Shown here: one piece after another, positions 37,086 to 49,769 of the stretch
Layout: every line of letters begins with the position of its first letter
Numbering within the stretch: position 1 is the stretch's first letter
Assembly: GCF_004010195.1 (NCBI RefSeq)
Contig: NC_057719.1
Location: forward strand, 70,792,692 to 70,845,494
From: Chiloscyllium plagiosum
Lineage: Eukaryota
DNA length: 52,803 nt
Reading direction: 5' to 3'
The notes under the pieces: model-generated
Seen by the model: only the letters and a program-made list of their open reading frames with translations
The model's database searches: none
Told to the model about the DNA's origin: nothing
Made by a program: the position numbers and the translations under genes

Positions 37086-38719
37086 GGTTTCATCATCACC
37101 CCAATTCAGCAGCTTGCTTACCACTGGCTGCGCACAAAGGAAAATAAAAATTAAATGAGAAGGCAGCATAATATTTGTGTGCTGCCCACATCAAAAGAAA
37201 CAGGAATAGATCAATCACACTCCACATTCTTTGGCATTTTGCAGGCATTAGCAAATTTTGCAGACAAACTATTTACACCACTGCTTGTAAGAAATGTGAT
37301 AAATGAGAAGCCAGAAACCACGGTCACAAGCTAAACAACACAAGTAATGACTACATTAATGTTTATATGTGGATGAAGTGTTGAGAAGTAATGGTTTATG
37401 TTTAAAAATGCAGCAAATTAGAATAGCTACAAACAGAAAAAATAAGACAAGTAGAAATCAGTAGCTTACTTCTCCTAACAGCACATATTTAATTCTGTCA
37501 TTGGCTCACGGGCTAAAGGTCAGACCTGTGACAGCAGGTAATATGGTTTCACAATGTGTGTCATGCCGTTGACTTCTATGGCATTGTGCCAATTTCAGTT
37601 GTTAGACCACAGTTCCCAACATACTCAGTTTGAAGCTACCTATGCAGGTGGTCTTGCCACAGGCAGAGCAACCAAAAAGAAATGCAATTTTGTTGCTCTA
37701 TACTAGGATTTTCACATCAAGTTCACATGGTGCTCAGTGTAAATTTAGCGCAACAATCCTATTACAACAACATCAATCAAGGTGTTAGCATTTGAGTGAA
37801 AGTCTGGTGTAGGGAGCCAGAGGCTGATGCAAGCATATCAGCAGTAGAGTGTCTTATGGCTGGGATGGAAATGATTCAAAGATTCCAGATAGCAACATCA
37901 AGCATATAAATAAACTATTATTCCAGGTCAGGATATGATACTTTTACTTTAGTAAAATCATTACTGAAAAAGGTCATTTTAATTAGATACGCAATAATAT
38001 CTCCAATAAAACTGATTTGTCAACTTAAATACTGTGACTACAATGCAGCTTTGCTGTGAGAAAAACATCTTATCCAGAAAGGCATGCCTGATATGCCTGA
38101 AGGAAATAATTTGTTCATATCTTTCACAACATGAAATTAGGAAAAAGGGGATTTTTTTCAAGGCTTCAGTAAGCCATTTACTGAAATGATCACTGATCTT
38201 CAGGAGATGTCACAACTTGCTCTATTCTAGACTCTTCAAAGACTGGCAGAAATATCTGATTTTATTCCATGGTCACATTCCTCATTCTTCTATTTCAGTC
38301 AACATTTAATAATACGAGCAAGTCAAATAGATTTTTGAAAAAATGGAAGCCCTTTTTCCTTTACTTCCGCAAAACTATTTGACTCGCTCCAAATATTTAA
38401 TGTTGGCTAAAATAGAACAAGAAGGAATGTGACCACGAAATAAAAGCAGGTGTTCTATAACAAACTTACTGCCTGGGCAGCAGTTAAAATCTACACTATT
38501 ACATCTTGTTGTCTCTGCTGGGTATAGCTGAGTGGATTTGATCCTATCAGAGTAATTCTGGAAATCTGAAAATGTTGGAAGCATTCAGTAGGTCATTAGC
38601 ATTGCAGAGGTAACGGACATTTCAAGAATAGTTCTTTATTGGAACTGGAAGCTACAATAGATAAGCAGCAAGTTAAAAATGAATTCAAGAAATGGGAGGA
38701 TGAAGGAAAGACAAAGACA

Positions 38720-39060
38720 CATACAAACACAGAACTAGCTGCAGGAGTAGACCTGCTCGTTGAGCATGCTCAACTATGCAACAAGCTCATGGCTGACCTT
38801 CTACCCCAAACCATCTTCTCACACAATCTCCATACGCCTTTCATAACCAAACAGTCTATAAACCTCTTCCTTGATAAGACTGAATAACTGAGTACCTGTA
38901 CATCTTTTGGGTTGGAGAATTTCTTTTGAGCAAAGAAACTGACTCCTTATTCTGACCCTGTAACCCTGTGTTCCACAAGATTTTACACTAGATTTACTCA
39001 TTTTCTGTTCTGTTAAGCCCCTTGTAAATTTTACAGTATCAATCAGCACATCTGATATCT
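38720..39060 (-). mobile_element. Old CR1 3' end, preceded by a decayed PLE terminus (~38550-38640)
   Basis: agaactagctgcaggagtagacc...agctcatggctgacc and gaaactgactccttattctg resemble the 3' end at 30125-30400. Confidence 0.55.
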
Positions 39061-39122
39061 AAGAAATTAGGTTTCATCTATGTCATCTGCTATAAACCAG
39101 ACCAAGTCCCCTCAAAATATAT

Positions 39123-41460
39123 TATGATGATAGCCTCGACCCTAACTTCCTTATTTTAAAGGTAGGTGTAAAGCAATGCATTCCAGATGCAATTCCAATG
39201 GTCAAACACATATTATTTTGCACTACAAACAAAATGCAGACAAAATAAAAATGAAATAAAATAATTGGTTTAACTGTAACTCTATAAAAATGCTTAACAA
39301 AATAATATATGTTAATTACTACTTATTAACTGTTTCAGTAGAATAACATCCCATAAACAAATCCTTAGCAAAGGCAAATTCAGTAAAATAAATTGTCTCA
39401 CATGCAATTCTAGTAGCAGGAAGAAAACCACAGTTTTTAGCTGTAACAGAGAGATGAACAAGAGTGTTCACACCCAGCTTAAAGACCACAGCAACTGCTG
39501 AAAGCAAAAACTAAGAAATCCTGTTTCTGTGGGAGCTTGACCCCACACATTCAGGCTGCTTCTGTTGTTCCAACTTAAGGAAAAAACAAGGTCTCAGAAG
39601 CTGTTTACTTTATTGGTTTCGACAGACTGCAAAGCACCTGTGTCTCAATCTTGCTTCATTTAAAAAAAAGGTCAAAATGCACCCTGAAAGCCATAGTATC
39701 TTCACACACACCCTTTAAAAAAGCTATCAATATACAAAGATAGCTTCATTTTTAAAAAGCCTTCAGCTATACACTATCAGTACACCACAATACATATACA
39801 TCATATTAACTCTAAGCATGCAAACATTTACTACTACAGTCCATTTCTGTCCTTTTCTTTCCCGCCACCGGATGCCGCTGGCTTCCTTCATCAAAGTTGT
39901 GACAATGCATTGACAACTGTCTTGTCCTGCCACGTGTATAATTTTCAAGTTAAACGGCTCCAATAATATGCTCCACCTAAACAATCTGGAAATTTTATCC
40001 TTAACTTTTTACAAAAGCTTTAATGGTAACAATCAGTATATATGATCATCTCAGACACACTGCTGCCAATATAAATGTTAAAATGGTGCAACTCCAACAC
40101 CAAGGTCTCCTCCTCAATTGTGGAATATTTCTGCTGATGATTATTCAGTTTTTCTGAAAAAATACCAAATACGACTTTCTATCTTCTCATCATCCTCTTG
40201 CAAGAGTACAGCACTGACACCCACTCGCATCTATAGCCAATTTGAATGGTTTTATGCAATTCGGTGTGGTTAACACTGGGGCAGTGGTTAACACAGCTTT
40301 CAGTCTGTCAAATGCCTCTTGACATTCCTTCATCCACTGAAACTTTCAATAATTCTTCTACAAGTCAGTAAATGGAGCGATCACACTGCTAAAAGTTGGT
40401 ACAATCTTCCGATTAAAACCAATCAGTCCCAGGACTTCCCTCTTACTCATTACTCTAATCTTATAATTCTTAATCTGATTATGCATGATGTTGATATAGG
40501 AAATGCTGGGAAATCCCAATAACATGGCCCAGGAATGTGAGTTGGGCTTTTACGAACTCACCGTTAGACCAATTTGTCACCAAGCCAGCCTCCCATAATT
40601 CTGCTAGATGTTCCAAATGTTCCTTTCATGTGTGACTAAAAATCACCAGATTGTCAACGTACACCAAACAATTGGGTAATCCTGAAATGACTTTATTGGG
40701 CATCTTTGAAATGTTGTTGGTGCATTTTCCATACCAAACGGCATGACTTTAAACTGTTTCAGTCTATTCGATGACACGAAAGCCAAAATTTCCTTCGCTC
40801 TTTCAGATAAAGGTACTTGCCAGTATCCCCTGAGTAAGACAAACTTAGAATTTTAAATTGTTTGTCCCACCTTTTCAAGACAGTCTTCTAAATGTGGAAT
40901 AGGATATGAACCAGACTTTTTGATTGCATTGACTTTGTGACAGTCCACACATAATCATTGGGTACCATCTGGTTTTGGCACCATTATTACTGGTCAGCTC
41001 CTTTTGCTGCAACTCATTTCAATTATATTGTCTTTGTGCATGCATTCAATTTCTTTTTGAACCTGTGCCAATTCTAAAGGTTAATTCTATAAGGATGTTG
41101 CTTAATTGGAACATTTCCTATATCTACATCAAGCATAATCAGATTAGTACTTCCCATCTTTTTCCCGCATATCTCCCCATGTGATTCTAATAACCTTTCA
41201 AGTCATTTCTATTTTCCTCTGGAAGGTAACGCAATAATTTTTGAGAACTTCCTCTTTGTCCAACTTAATTTGAGGAATGTCCAATTCAGAATCATCTGAA
41301 CTTGGTTCCTCATTTTGCGTTGTAACCAGTAACACATTCACCTTTTGGTTGCCTTCCCTGTCAAAATACCTCTTGAGCATATTCACATGACCATACTCTG
41401 TGAGATTTCTTTCTATCTGGCTTTCCAATCTAACTTACGATAATCAGCAAAACTCAATAC
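39123..41460 (-). mobile_element. Gmr1-like Gypsy 3' half: integrase tail, RT, RNase H, PPT and 3' LTR (39123-39706)
   Basis: In minus-strand order: HVNMLKRY, HPYRIN, KPDGTQ*LCVD, SYPIPHLEDC, GYWQVPL, MPFGM, VYVDNLVIFSH, AVLLQEDD, HQQKYSTIE, RWSILLEPFNLKIIHVAG. The LTR has inverted ends TGTGAAGA / TCATCATA. Confidence 0.9.
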
Positions 41461-41499
41461 CTTCATTATAATTAGTCCCTTTCTTTATCTTTACAATAG

Positions 41500-42460
41500 A
41501 TTTCAAAACAGCTCATTACAGTGTGCTAGCCTAAAATATCCTATTTGTTCTGACCATTGGTTTCCTGTTCTTAACCAGCCCTTAATCCATGATAATATAT
41601 TACTCTAATCACATGATTCCTAATTTTGTGTCATAAACTCATGTGTGGCACCTTATTAAATATTTCTTTTGAAAATACAAATATATTACATCCACTTAGC
41701 TCCCCTTTTATTCATCTGACTAGTGGCAGATGGTATGGAAAAATGGAAGCTTTGTTGGAGGGTTCAAGGGGATAGAGTAGAGTGAAGCCTGCTCCTTCTC
41801 AGGCCACTGTGTTGTTCAATGTTGAATGTGACAGAGAAGGTTCCACACCAGGAAATGTTTAACAACAGTTGTTCACCACGTCCATCATCTCATAAGAGGA
41901 AAAACTGACAAAGAAAATTGCTTCTTCAAAAAAACCCAAACGGATTTGCCAAATGTAATTCCATCTTCATAATTTTGTGCTGCCTCTACTTAAGCATATT
42001 ATGATTTTCCAAGTACCTTTTTTCTACACCACTAATAATAAATTTCAGCCTTTCTACTAATGTTAACAGGCCTCTGGTTTCCCCATTTTCTTTTTCCTTT
42101 AGTAGCAGAGTTAAGTTTCCTCACTTCTAATCCTTGGGAACTGTTTGAGAATATATGGAAATCTGGTTGATCAAATACAACCCATTCACTATCTCTTTGA
42201 ATTGGGATATAGGTCATCATATCTAGAGAATCTTCTACTAATTAATCCCATTAATTTCTCCAATACTATTTACTTAAGTTCCTAATTCTCTTTAGACCCT
42301 TGATTCTCCATTAATTTTCTCAACTTTGTTTGTGTTTTCTGAAACCAAATACAAAATATTTAGGTAACATTCCTGATATTTGCTTAATCCCCAATATGAT
42401 TTCACCTAACTTTGCTCTCTGGATCCATGCTTTCTTCCACTAATACCTCCCTATTTACAT
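41500..42460 (-). mobile_element. Very old CR1 RT-region fragments
   Basis: The minus strand shows WIKGWLRT and KWGNQRPVNIS (decayed GNYRPVSLTS) in a CR1-like layout. Confidence 0.55.
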
Positions 42461-42489
42461 GTGGTAAAGATACAGATAGGAACCTGCAA

Positions 42490-42543
42490 GCACACAACAG
42501 ACACGCGCACACACACAAAAACAAAAACACACACATACACACA
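42490..42543. repeat. Imperfect (CA)n microsatellite
   Basis: The stretch reads cacacaacagacacgcgcacacacac...cacacacatacacaca. Confidence 0.8.
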
Positions 42544-43574
42544 TTTATGAGTCAAGAAATAGAACGGCCTGTAAACAGTGAAACAGAAAATAAGTAAGGT
42601 CTGTTACTCATGTTATGAAGAGACAATTTGAGTTTTATTGACAGAAAACATAGAGATTTATGAGACAGAATGTATAAATGACATACAAAGGTACCGAGAA
42701 GCAGAAGGGTGAAAACCTGGCAAAACGGAGAATATCCCGGGGACCCTGAAACCAGTGTTTTGATATAAACTCACAGGCACCTGTTCCTTTGTATTCTCCA
42801 TACAGTTTTTCCTGCCTTTGACCGACTGTATTGATCCAATGAAACTCACACAAATTTGGCCTTGCTATTTTGGAGATATATAATAACTCAAACAATCTGA
42901 TTTTAAACTCTGTATAAGTGCACTAGTTTTGAGTAAGTTAAGATCATGCTTTTCATTTCAGGTTTTATATCATTCTTGATGAATCTTAGTTTAATACCTG
43001 TCATATCCTCTAGGTGGTGTCAAAACACCACTGTGCCTTATTTCCTAAGCAGTAGTCAGAATTAGCTTTCAGCAATTTAGTCCCATTATGTCAGCTTATA
43101 AATCTAACAACTATGTCAAAGAACAAATTGCATACTTTGCACAAAAGGAAATGGTAATAAGAGAAGCCCAATGTAAAATATAATTCAAACTTGATATAAG
43201 GCAAACCTTGCCATTTTTGTTTGAAGTCACATTCTAAACTCTGGGCCCAGGCCAAAGTTTATCCCCAATATGAGTCAATCAGTGTATAAATTATTGGATG
43301 AAAGGATGAAGTAGAACAGTATTTGAGTGATCCTTAAAGCAATGACAATGCTAGTTAATGTTTCTAAACTCATACATTTTCTTTGTGTTGGGGACACACC
43401 GACCCCAAGTGGAGTTGTGGTCCCAATTTGATACCCCAGATTACTAAGCTACCAATGAACTGCTTCACTTTCTTTATTGAGCCACCCCCTTGGCTGATTG
43501 CAATAAGGTTAAGTGAAAGATGATACCAACCCTAATGGATGCCGTTTTCCAAGACCCTAAATAAACTTATGCTC

Positions 43575-44492
43575 GAGTCATAGAGATGTCCAGCATGGAA
43601 GCAGACCCTTCAGTCCAACTCGTCCATGTCCAACAGATATCCTAAATTAATCTAGTCGCATTGCCCAGCACTTGGCCCAAATCCCTCTAAACCCTTCCTT
43701 TTCATATATCCATCCAGATGCCTTTTAAATGTTGTAATTGTAACAGCTTCCACCACTTCCTCTGGAAGCTCATTCCATACACGTACCACCCTCTGCATGA
43801 AAACATTGCCCCTTAGCTCCCTTTTAAATCTTTTCCCTTTCACTCTAAACCTATACTCTCTAGTTCTGGACTATCCCAACCCAGGGAAAGCACATTGTTG
43901 ATTTGAATTGAATTGAATTGGACCCTATCCATACCCCTCATGATGTTATAAACCTCTATAAGGTCACCCCTTAGCCTCCAACCCTCCAGGGAAAACAGCC
44001 CCATCTTATTCAGCCTTTCCCTATAGCTCAAACCCTCCAGCCCTGGCAACATCTTGGTAAATCTTTTCTGACTCCTTTCAAGTTTCACAACATTTTCTCT
44101 ATAGGAGGTAGACCAGAATTGCACACAATATTCCAAAAGTGGCCTAACCAATGTCTTGCAGGGCCACAACATAACTGCCTAACTCCGATACTCAGTGCAC
44201 TGACCAATAAAGAAAGCACATTAAATGCCTTCTTCACTATCCTATCTATCTGAGATTCCACTTTCAAGGAACTATGAACCTGCACTCCAAGGTCTCTTTG
44301 TTCAGCAACAGTCCCCAGGACCCTACCATTAAATTTATACATGCTGCCCTGATTTACCTTTCCAAAATGCAGCACCTCACATTCATCTAAATTAAACCCC
44401 ATCTGCCACTCCTTGGCCCATTGGCCCATCTGATGAAGATCTCATCGCACTCTGAGGTAACCTTCTTCGCTGTCCACTACACCTCCAATTTA
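43575..44492 (-). mobile_element. CR1 LINE 3' portion (same subfamily as 10989-14748)
   Basis: It encodes KIGGVVDSEEG, WAKEWQMGFN, LVRPLLEYCVQFWS and RVVRVWNELPEEVV. The tail is at ~43575 and there is an internal (gaatt)n repeat at ~43900-43920. Confidence 0.95.
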
Positions 44493-45671
44493 GTCTCATA
44501 TTCCATCAGTGCCACATGCAGATATTGTCAGCCAGCCCCTGTATTTACACCTGTACTTAGTTTATCTCAGTAGCAGTCTTCTTTTTTAAAAAAAATGTCC
44601 ATAGCATTCCAGAGTGCCAATTCACCTTCATAGTATTATCCTGCCAGAAATCCATTCTCATTTAATGACAAAGGAGAAAAAGGATCAAATATATATAGAG
44701 CAACAAACACACTTCCACATGCATTCATTCTCTTAAGTTCTCAGTTCTAACTGGGTCAGTAAATCTTTTACTATCTGCCTCTGGACAGGACACCTACAAT
44801 TACTCCTGATTTCTCTGCTAAGTATGTAATCTTCATGTTGTATGGTTGATAGAATAAACTCCAACAGAATAAACTTGACGTTCTAGTCTTTAACCTTTCC
44901 ATGAACATTAACTTGTTGCAGTTAATATAAATTGTGATGTTTTCTATCTATTTCAGACGTCGATATCAAAGTCTTTGAGAGCCACTAACAAAACAAAGGT
45001 TTCCTTCACTACTGTGGAATGCTATCTGTGAAGTTTCTTTAGTTTTTCTGGAAAAGTAGCTGATTGGTCTCTCTGTTCCAGATTCTTCTTTGTGAAGAAG
45101 AATGACTCTGATGCTGTTTGCAACAATGGCTACTATAAATTCTTGGTTCAAGTATAGAGCTGTAAGCACAGGTTCGCTTATTAAAATGGCACTCAGCTTT
45201 TCAAATATGCAGCTTTTCAATTTCACTGGCCATACTACCTTTGTTTTTTTTCTGTAGTAGATCCGTTAGTGACACAGCTATTGTACTGAAGTTTCAGTAG
45301 AAATTTCAGTAGAATCCAGAAAAACCTAAGAATCTCATGATTTCCCACTTTATTGTGGGAATGGAAACTGTGCTATTGTTTCTATCTTTGCAACCCTGGA
45401 CAGTACTCATCCATGACGCACCCCAGATTCTAGGTAGGCCATTTTGACCATAGTGAACTCACTTTTTGTAAGATTGATTGAGTTAGCTCATTGTATTTTT
45501 TGAAAGAGGATTTCCAATTGCTCCAAGTGCTGAAGTACACCAGGAGGTCAGCGAGGTAAACTATGCAGTTGCATAATAAAAACCAAAAGAAATGCAGATG
45601 CTGTATATCAGAAGCAAAAACAGAAGTTACTGGAAATGCTCAACAGGTCTGGTAGCATGGGTGAAGAGAAA

Positions 45672-45888
45672 GAGCTGAAAATGTGTTGCTGGAAAAGCGC
45701 AGCAGGTCAGGCAGCATCCAGGGAACAGGAGAATCGACGTTTCGGGCATAAGCCCTTCTTCAGGAAGAAGGGCTTATGCCCGAAACGTCGATTCTCCTGT
45801 TCCCTGGATGCTGCCTGACCTGCTGCACTTTTCCAGCATCACATTTTCAGCTTTGATCTCCAGCATCTGCAGACCTCACTTTCTCCCC
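45672..45888. mobile_element. Young palindromic PLE-derived insert with 14-bp TSD
   Basis: It has ~89-bp near-perfect arms (45673-45761 / 45764-45852) around a 2-nt spacer. TSD tgggtgaagagaaa at 45658-45671 and 45889-45902. Confidence 0.95.
45736..45763 (-). ncRNA. Minimal hammerhead ribozyme core
   Basis: The minus strand reads CUGAAGA-A-GGGC-UUAU-GCCC-GAAAC-GUC, an intact core. The plus-strand mirror lacks the initial CU. Confidence 0.7.
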
Positions 45889-46055
45889 TGGGTGAAGAGA
45901 AATCAGAGTTAACGTTTTGGATCCTCAGAAGGGAAGAGTTATTGGACCGAATCATTAACTCTGATTTCTCGTTACTGATGCTGCCAGCCCTGATGACCTT
46001 TTCCAGCAATTTTTGTTTTTGCTTCTGATATACTATTGCATATACCAACTGCACA

Positions 46056-46150
46056 GGGTCTTGTGGCACAATGGGTCAGAGGTCTTGGGTTCAAGTCTTA
46101 TCTGCTCCAGAGGTGTATTCCAACACACTTGAACATGTTGGTTAAAAATT
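46056..46150 (+). mobile_element. Short tRNA-derived SINE-like remnant
   Basis: It has an A-box-like tggcacaatgg and a B-box-like ggttcaagtc; there is no cloverleaf. Confidence 0.5.
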
Positions 46151-48069
46151 TCTGTACTATCTGGTTCATCAACTCTTGAAAGGAGCCTGTGACACTTTGG
46201 GGTCTGAATGGCATGTCTAGAGTTTTGAAGGTGGAGATTTATTTCATGTGGATAGTTGATAGAACCTGCCAGTATCCCTTGAATAAACTAATCTTGCTAA
46301 TGGAGGTTGCTTTATCTACCCTATCCATGCAATCTTCCATCTGGAGTATCAGGTAAAAGTTGGTTCTGGTCACTACATTAATGTTTTGGCAGAGTCTTGT
46401 TGTTGTCTTGGACATGAGACAACTAGGCAGTTCCAGCTATTGCTGCTGGGCTATATCAGTTGGTACTCCAGTGAGAAGTTAATCTCCTTCCAAACCAGGA
46501 CCATGTTTTTCTGGGACTAGCTGTTAGGGATGATGTCTTAAGAGAGAGGCTCTCAAACACCCACACTTTGCAGAGCTAGGGTGGTGCAGCCTACAAGCGC
46601 TGAAATGAAATGAGCAGCCATGTGAAGTTTGCCTGCCATTCTGCACCTTTTTGAGTGAATAAGGAGTCTCTGTTTGCTAGCATTTCTGTTTGGGTTAGCC
46701 AAGTAGTAGGGTGTTCAATCTGTGCCTCTCCTTTCCAAGACATCCATACTGCTCCTTGATCCTCTACAAGTGTGACAATGGCACAGACTATTATCCCCTT
46801 CTTGATAATGGTGTTGATTTATCATGTTGGTATAACACAGCATTCACTTTTTTTTGCCAATCTGATATCTCAATCACATAAGCACTGCTCCAACCTACTT
46901 AGCTACTCTCTGTTGACCACTGAATTTGGTTATGTAGGAAAACTGACACATCGTGTCTTGGTTGAAAAGTCAAGCCGAGACACATTTGTCTGCTATTCAT
47001 TTCATTGCCACTTGGGAGATCGTCAATTGTTCTCAGGCCACTTCACCTTGTCAGCTCACTCTCAGAATTTTGCTACATCATCTAACATGGAGGCTTCCTC
47101 CTCCTGTTCTAGAAAATCACTCCTTGAATAGGCCTTTCTGTTGCTATCCAGAAACTAAATCAAATGGATTAAACACAGTAGACTGACTGAGTAACTCCTT
47201 GGTGGTAAAGAAGAAAATCTGACCCTTTATCCCAGGCAAGAAGGAAACCAGGGCTTTGTGACCTGATCATTGCTCAGCAAAGCCAAAGCAGTGAAGCCTA
47301 AAAGTGAAGAAGAGTAAATCTGGTGAATGAGACATTACTGCTCTGATCTGTCTTGTATACTTCAAATTGGAAATCCAGCATGATCAATACATCATTACAG
47401 GCTTTACTTTCCACTTTGGAAAACACACCAAAGATATCAGAAGTTCAAGGGTAAGTCATGTCAAGCTTGAATTACATTTCCACAACCTTTAAAATACCTT
47501 TAAAATAATTTTGTCTGTATCTGGCCATACCTCAAAAAAGAAACCACGCGTTCCACTATGTGTTTGTATTTGCTACTTTTGAGAAGGTTCTTCACATTGA
47601 GCACGCTCGTGAAAAAGTAACTATTTAGCATAGTTTATTTTGTTACTAATTTCGTTTTCATTTATTCAAATCCAGTTTACTCACAGGTGATGGTCTACAA
47701 ATGTTAAAATATTTTTTCATGCAAAACCCATTATGGCCACATTAATAACACTGCATTTGGGCATCACTCTTGGAAAATATATGTTCTATTACAATACCTG
47801 ATTGTTCATGGAATATTTTATATTTGTTGATATGCAAATTAACATTGGAGGAATCTTGAACTGTAATCTAACTTCAAGCACAATTTACCCCAGTTTCAAA
47901 GCCTTTTCCCCAAAACAGAAACTCCACTCCACATCTTCGTTATTAGACCTCCCTAGTAAAGTCAAAAATGGTCTTCACAACTTATTTGGCAGATGGAAAA
48001 TAGAACATTGTACAAGGAAGCTACATTAAGGTAGATGAAGGATTTATTTTTGATATCTGTACTGCTGAA

Positions 48070-48290
48070 TAAGCTCCTTGCAAGGCGAGAAAACCGATCT
48101 ACAACCTGTTGTAAGTGAACTTCATTATGAGATTCCAGTGTGGTGTCGTCAGCAAATAGCAATTCACAGAGCAGGACAATGTGTACTTTGTTCTTGGCAG
48201 TTTTGCCAGGTTTAATAACTTACTGGAGCCTCTGGCTTGCAGGTAGACACACTAATTTGAGTTGGCAAAGGGAAACAATGGCAGCATGGA
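48070..48290 (-). mobile_element. RTE-clade RT fragment
   Basis: The minus strand gives KLLNLAKL and LLCELLFADDTTLESHNEVHLQQVVDRFS. Confidence 0.8.
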
Positions 48291-48427
48291 AGAAGATATG
48301 TCAAAGAGATCTAGTGCCAGACTGCAGCCTTGTTTTGTCCTGCTGCTGGTCTTGGAATTGTTTGGTATTGCTCCTTTTTGTGATTGGGATATTCAAGGTT
48401 TGTGTAAGGATTTCTAGCTCGGATACC

Positions 48428-49768
48428 GGTTGTTGTGGTTGTGGGTGTGTTCGCCGAGCTGGGAAGTTGATTTGCAGGCAGTTCATCCCCTGTCTAGGTG
48501 ACATCTTCAGTGCTTTGGAGCCTCCTGTGAAGTGCTGCTGTACTGTGTCTTCTGGAATTTATTTGTTTCCATTTCTGCTGCTTACTCAAACTACTTGCTC
48601 AAACTGCTAGACCTGTGTTTGACGACATATTTCACATTCAACAACCAAATAAGTGAACAGATCAATGGAACACCTATGGGCTCACCCATCTCTGTGCTCA
48701 TAGCAGAAGCAGTGATGCAAAGATTGAAATAAACAGCCCTCCAACAAATTCAACCCCATCTCTGGATCAGATGCGTAGACAATACTTTTGTTATCATTAA
48801 CACAACAGAAGAAGAGAACACACATCGAATTACCAACACCATATTCACAGGGATCAGATTTACGAGGGAGAAGGAAACCTAAAATCAACTCCCATTCCTG
48901 GGTGTGATGGTACAAAGAACACAGAACTGTAAGTATACCACAGAAGTGTACAGGAAAGCCATACACACCAATCAGGTCCTGATTTACAATGGCAACCACA
49001 CAAACATACACAAGAGAAGCTGTATTAGGACCTTGCTCAAAAGGCCTCTCCACACTGCAGCACTCCCGACCTGTGAAGAGAAGAAGACCTCTACAGAGTC
49101 TTCGTCAAGAACGGATATCCTGGCAACTTCATCCGCAGATGCCTAACAGACAAACAATGTGACGAGGCAATGCTATGACCTAACTCACTAGCTACGTTAC
49201 ATTGTATAAAAAAGGTCTCTGAACTGACAGCCAGAGTTCTCTGTCCACTCAGATTCATGACAGCCCATAAACTGACAGCCACACTCAGACAACAACTCCC
49301 AAGGACAAAGACCCTATACACATCATGTACAAGACTGACATAAGATAGAAGCTTCCATGCAAAGGCCACACAAAACTCTATTTAGGGAAAACAGGCAGAC
49401 AACTAACAATCCACATCCATGAACACCAACAAGCCACTAAATGTCACAACCAGCTGGCCCTAGTAACTATGCAGACAGATGACAGGGACCACGAATTCGA
49501 CTGGGACAACGCAACAATCAAAGAGTAAGCTAAACAGAGGACAGCTAGAGAATTTCTAGATGCATGGCACTCATCCATGAACTCCATCAATAAACACATT
49601 GACCTAGACCCAATATACCGGCCACTGCAATGAACAAACAGAACCAGCAACCAGAAGCAGCAGAAACGAAACCAAATAAATTCCAGAAGATACAGTACAG
49701 CAGTGCTTCACAGGAGACTCCAAAGCACTGAAGATACCACCCAGACAGAGGACGAACTACCTGCAAGT
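48428..49768 (+). mobile_element. Penelope-like element (Penelope/Poseidon-type), 5'-truncated, with inverted terminal copy
   Basis: RT motifs LLDLCLTTYFTFNN, GTPMGSPIS, WIRCVDNTFVI and QLPFLGV; GIY-YIG motifs LGKTGRQLTIHIHEHQ and REFLDAWHS. The segment 48428-48582 is an inverted copy of the 3' end (~49653-49768). Confidence 0.93.
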
Positions 49769-49769
49769 T

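Larger units (their letters stand above)
45575..46031. mobile_element. Older inverted-repeat (hairpin) PLE-derived element, interrupted
   Basis: The left arm tatatcagaagcaaaaacagaagttactggaaa...gagaaatcagagttaac is the approximate reverse complement of the right arm ttaactctgatttctc...ttccagcaatttttgtttttgcttctgatata. Confidence 0.85.
44800..47200 (-). mobile_element. Third Gypsy relic (RT and RNase H clear, gag weak)
   Basis: The minus strand gives FYLILQMEDCMDRV, QGILAG, PFRPQSVTGSFQ, IVYLADLL, MRFLGFSGFY and EPVLTAL...ERPISYFSRK. Confidence 0.75.
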
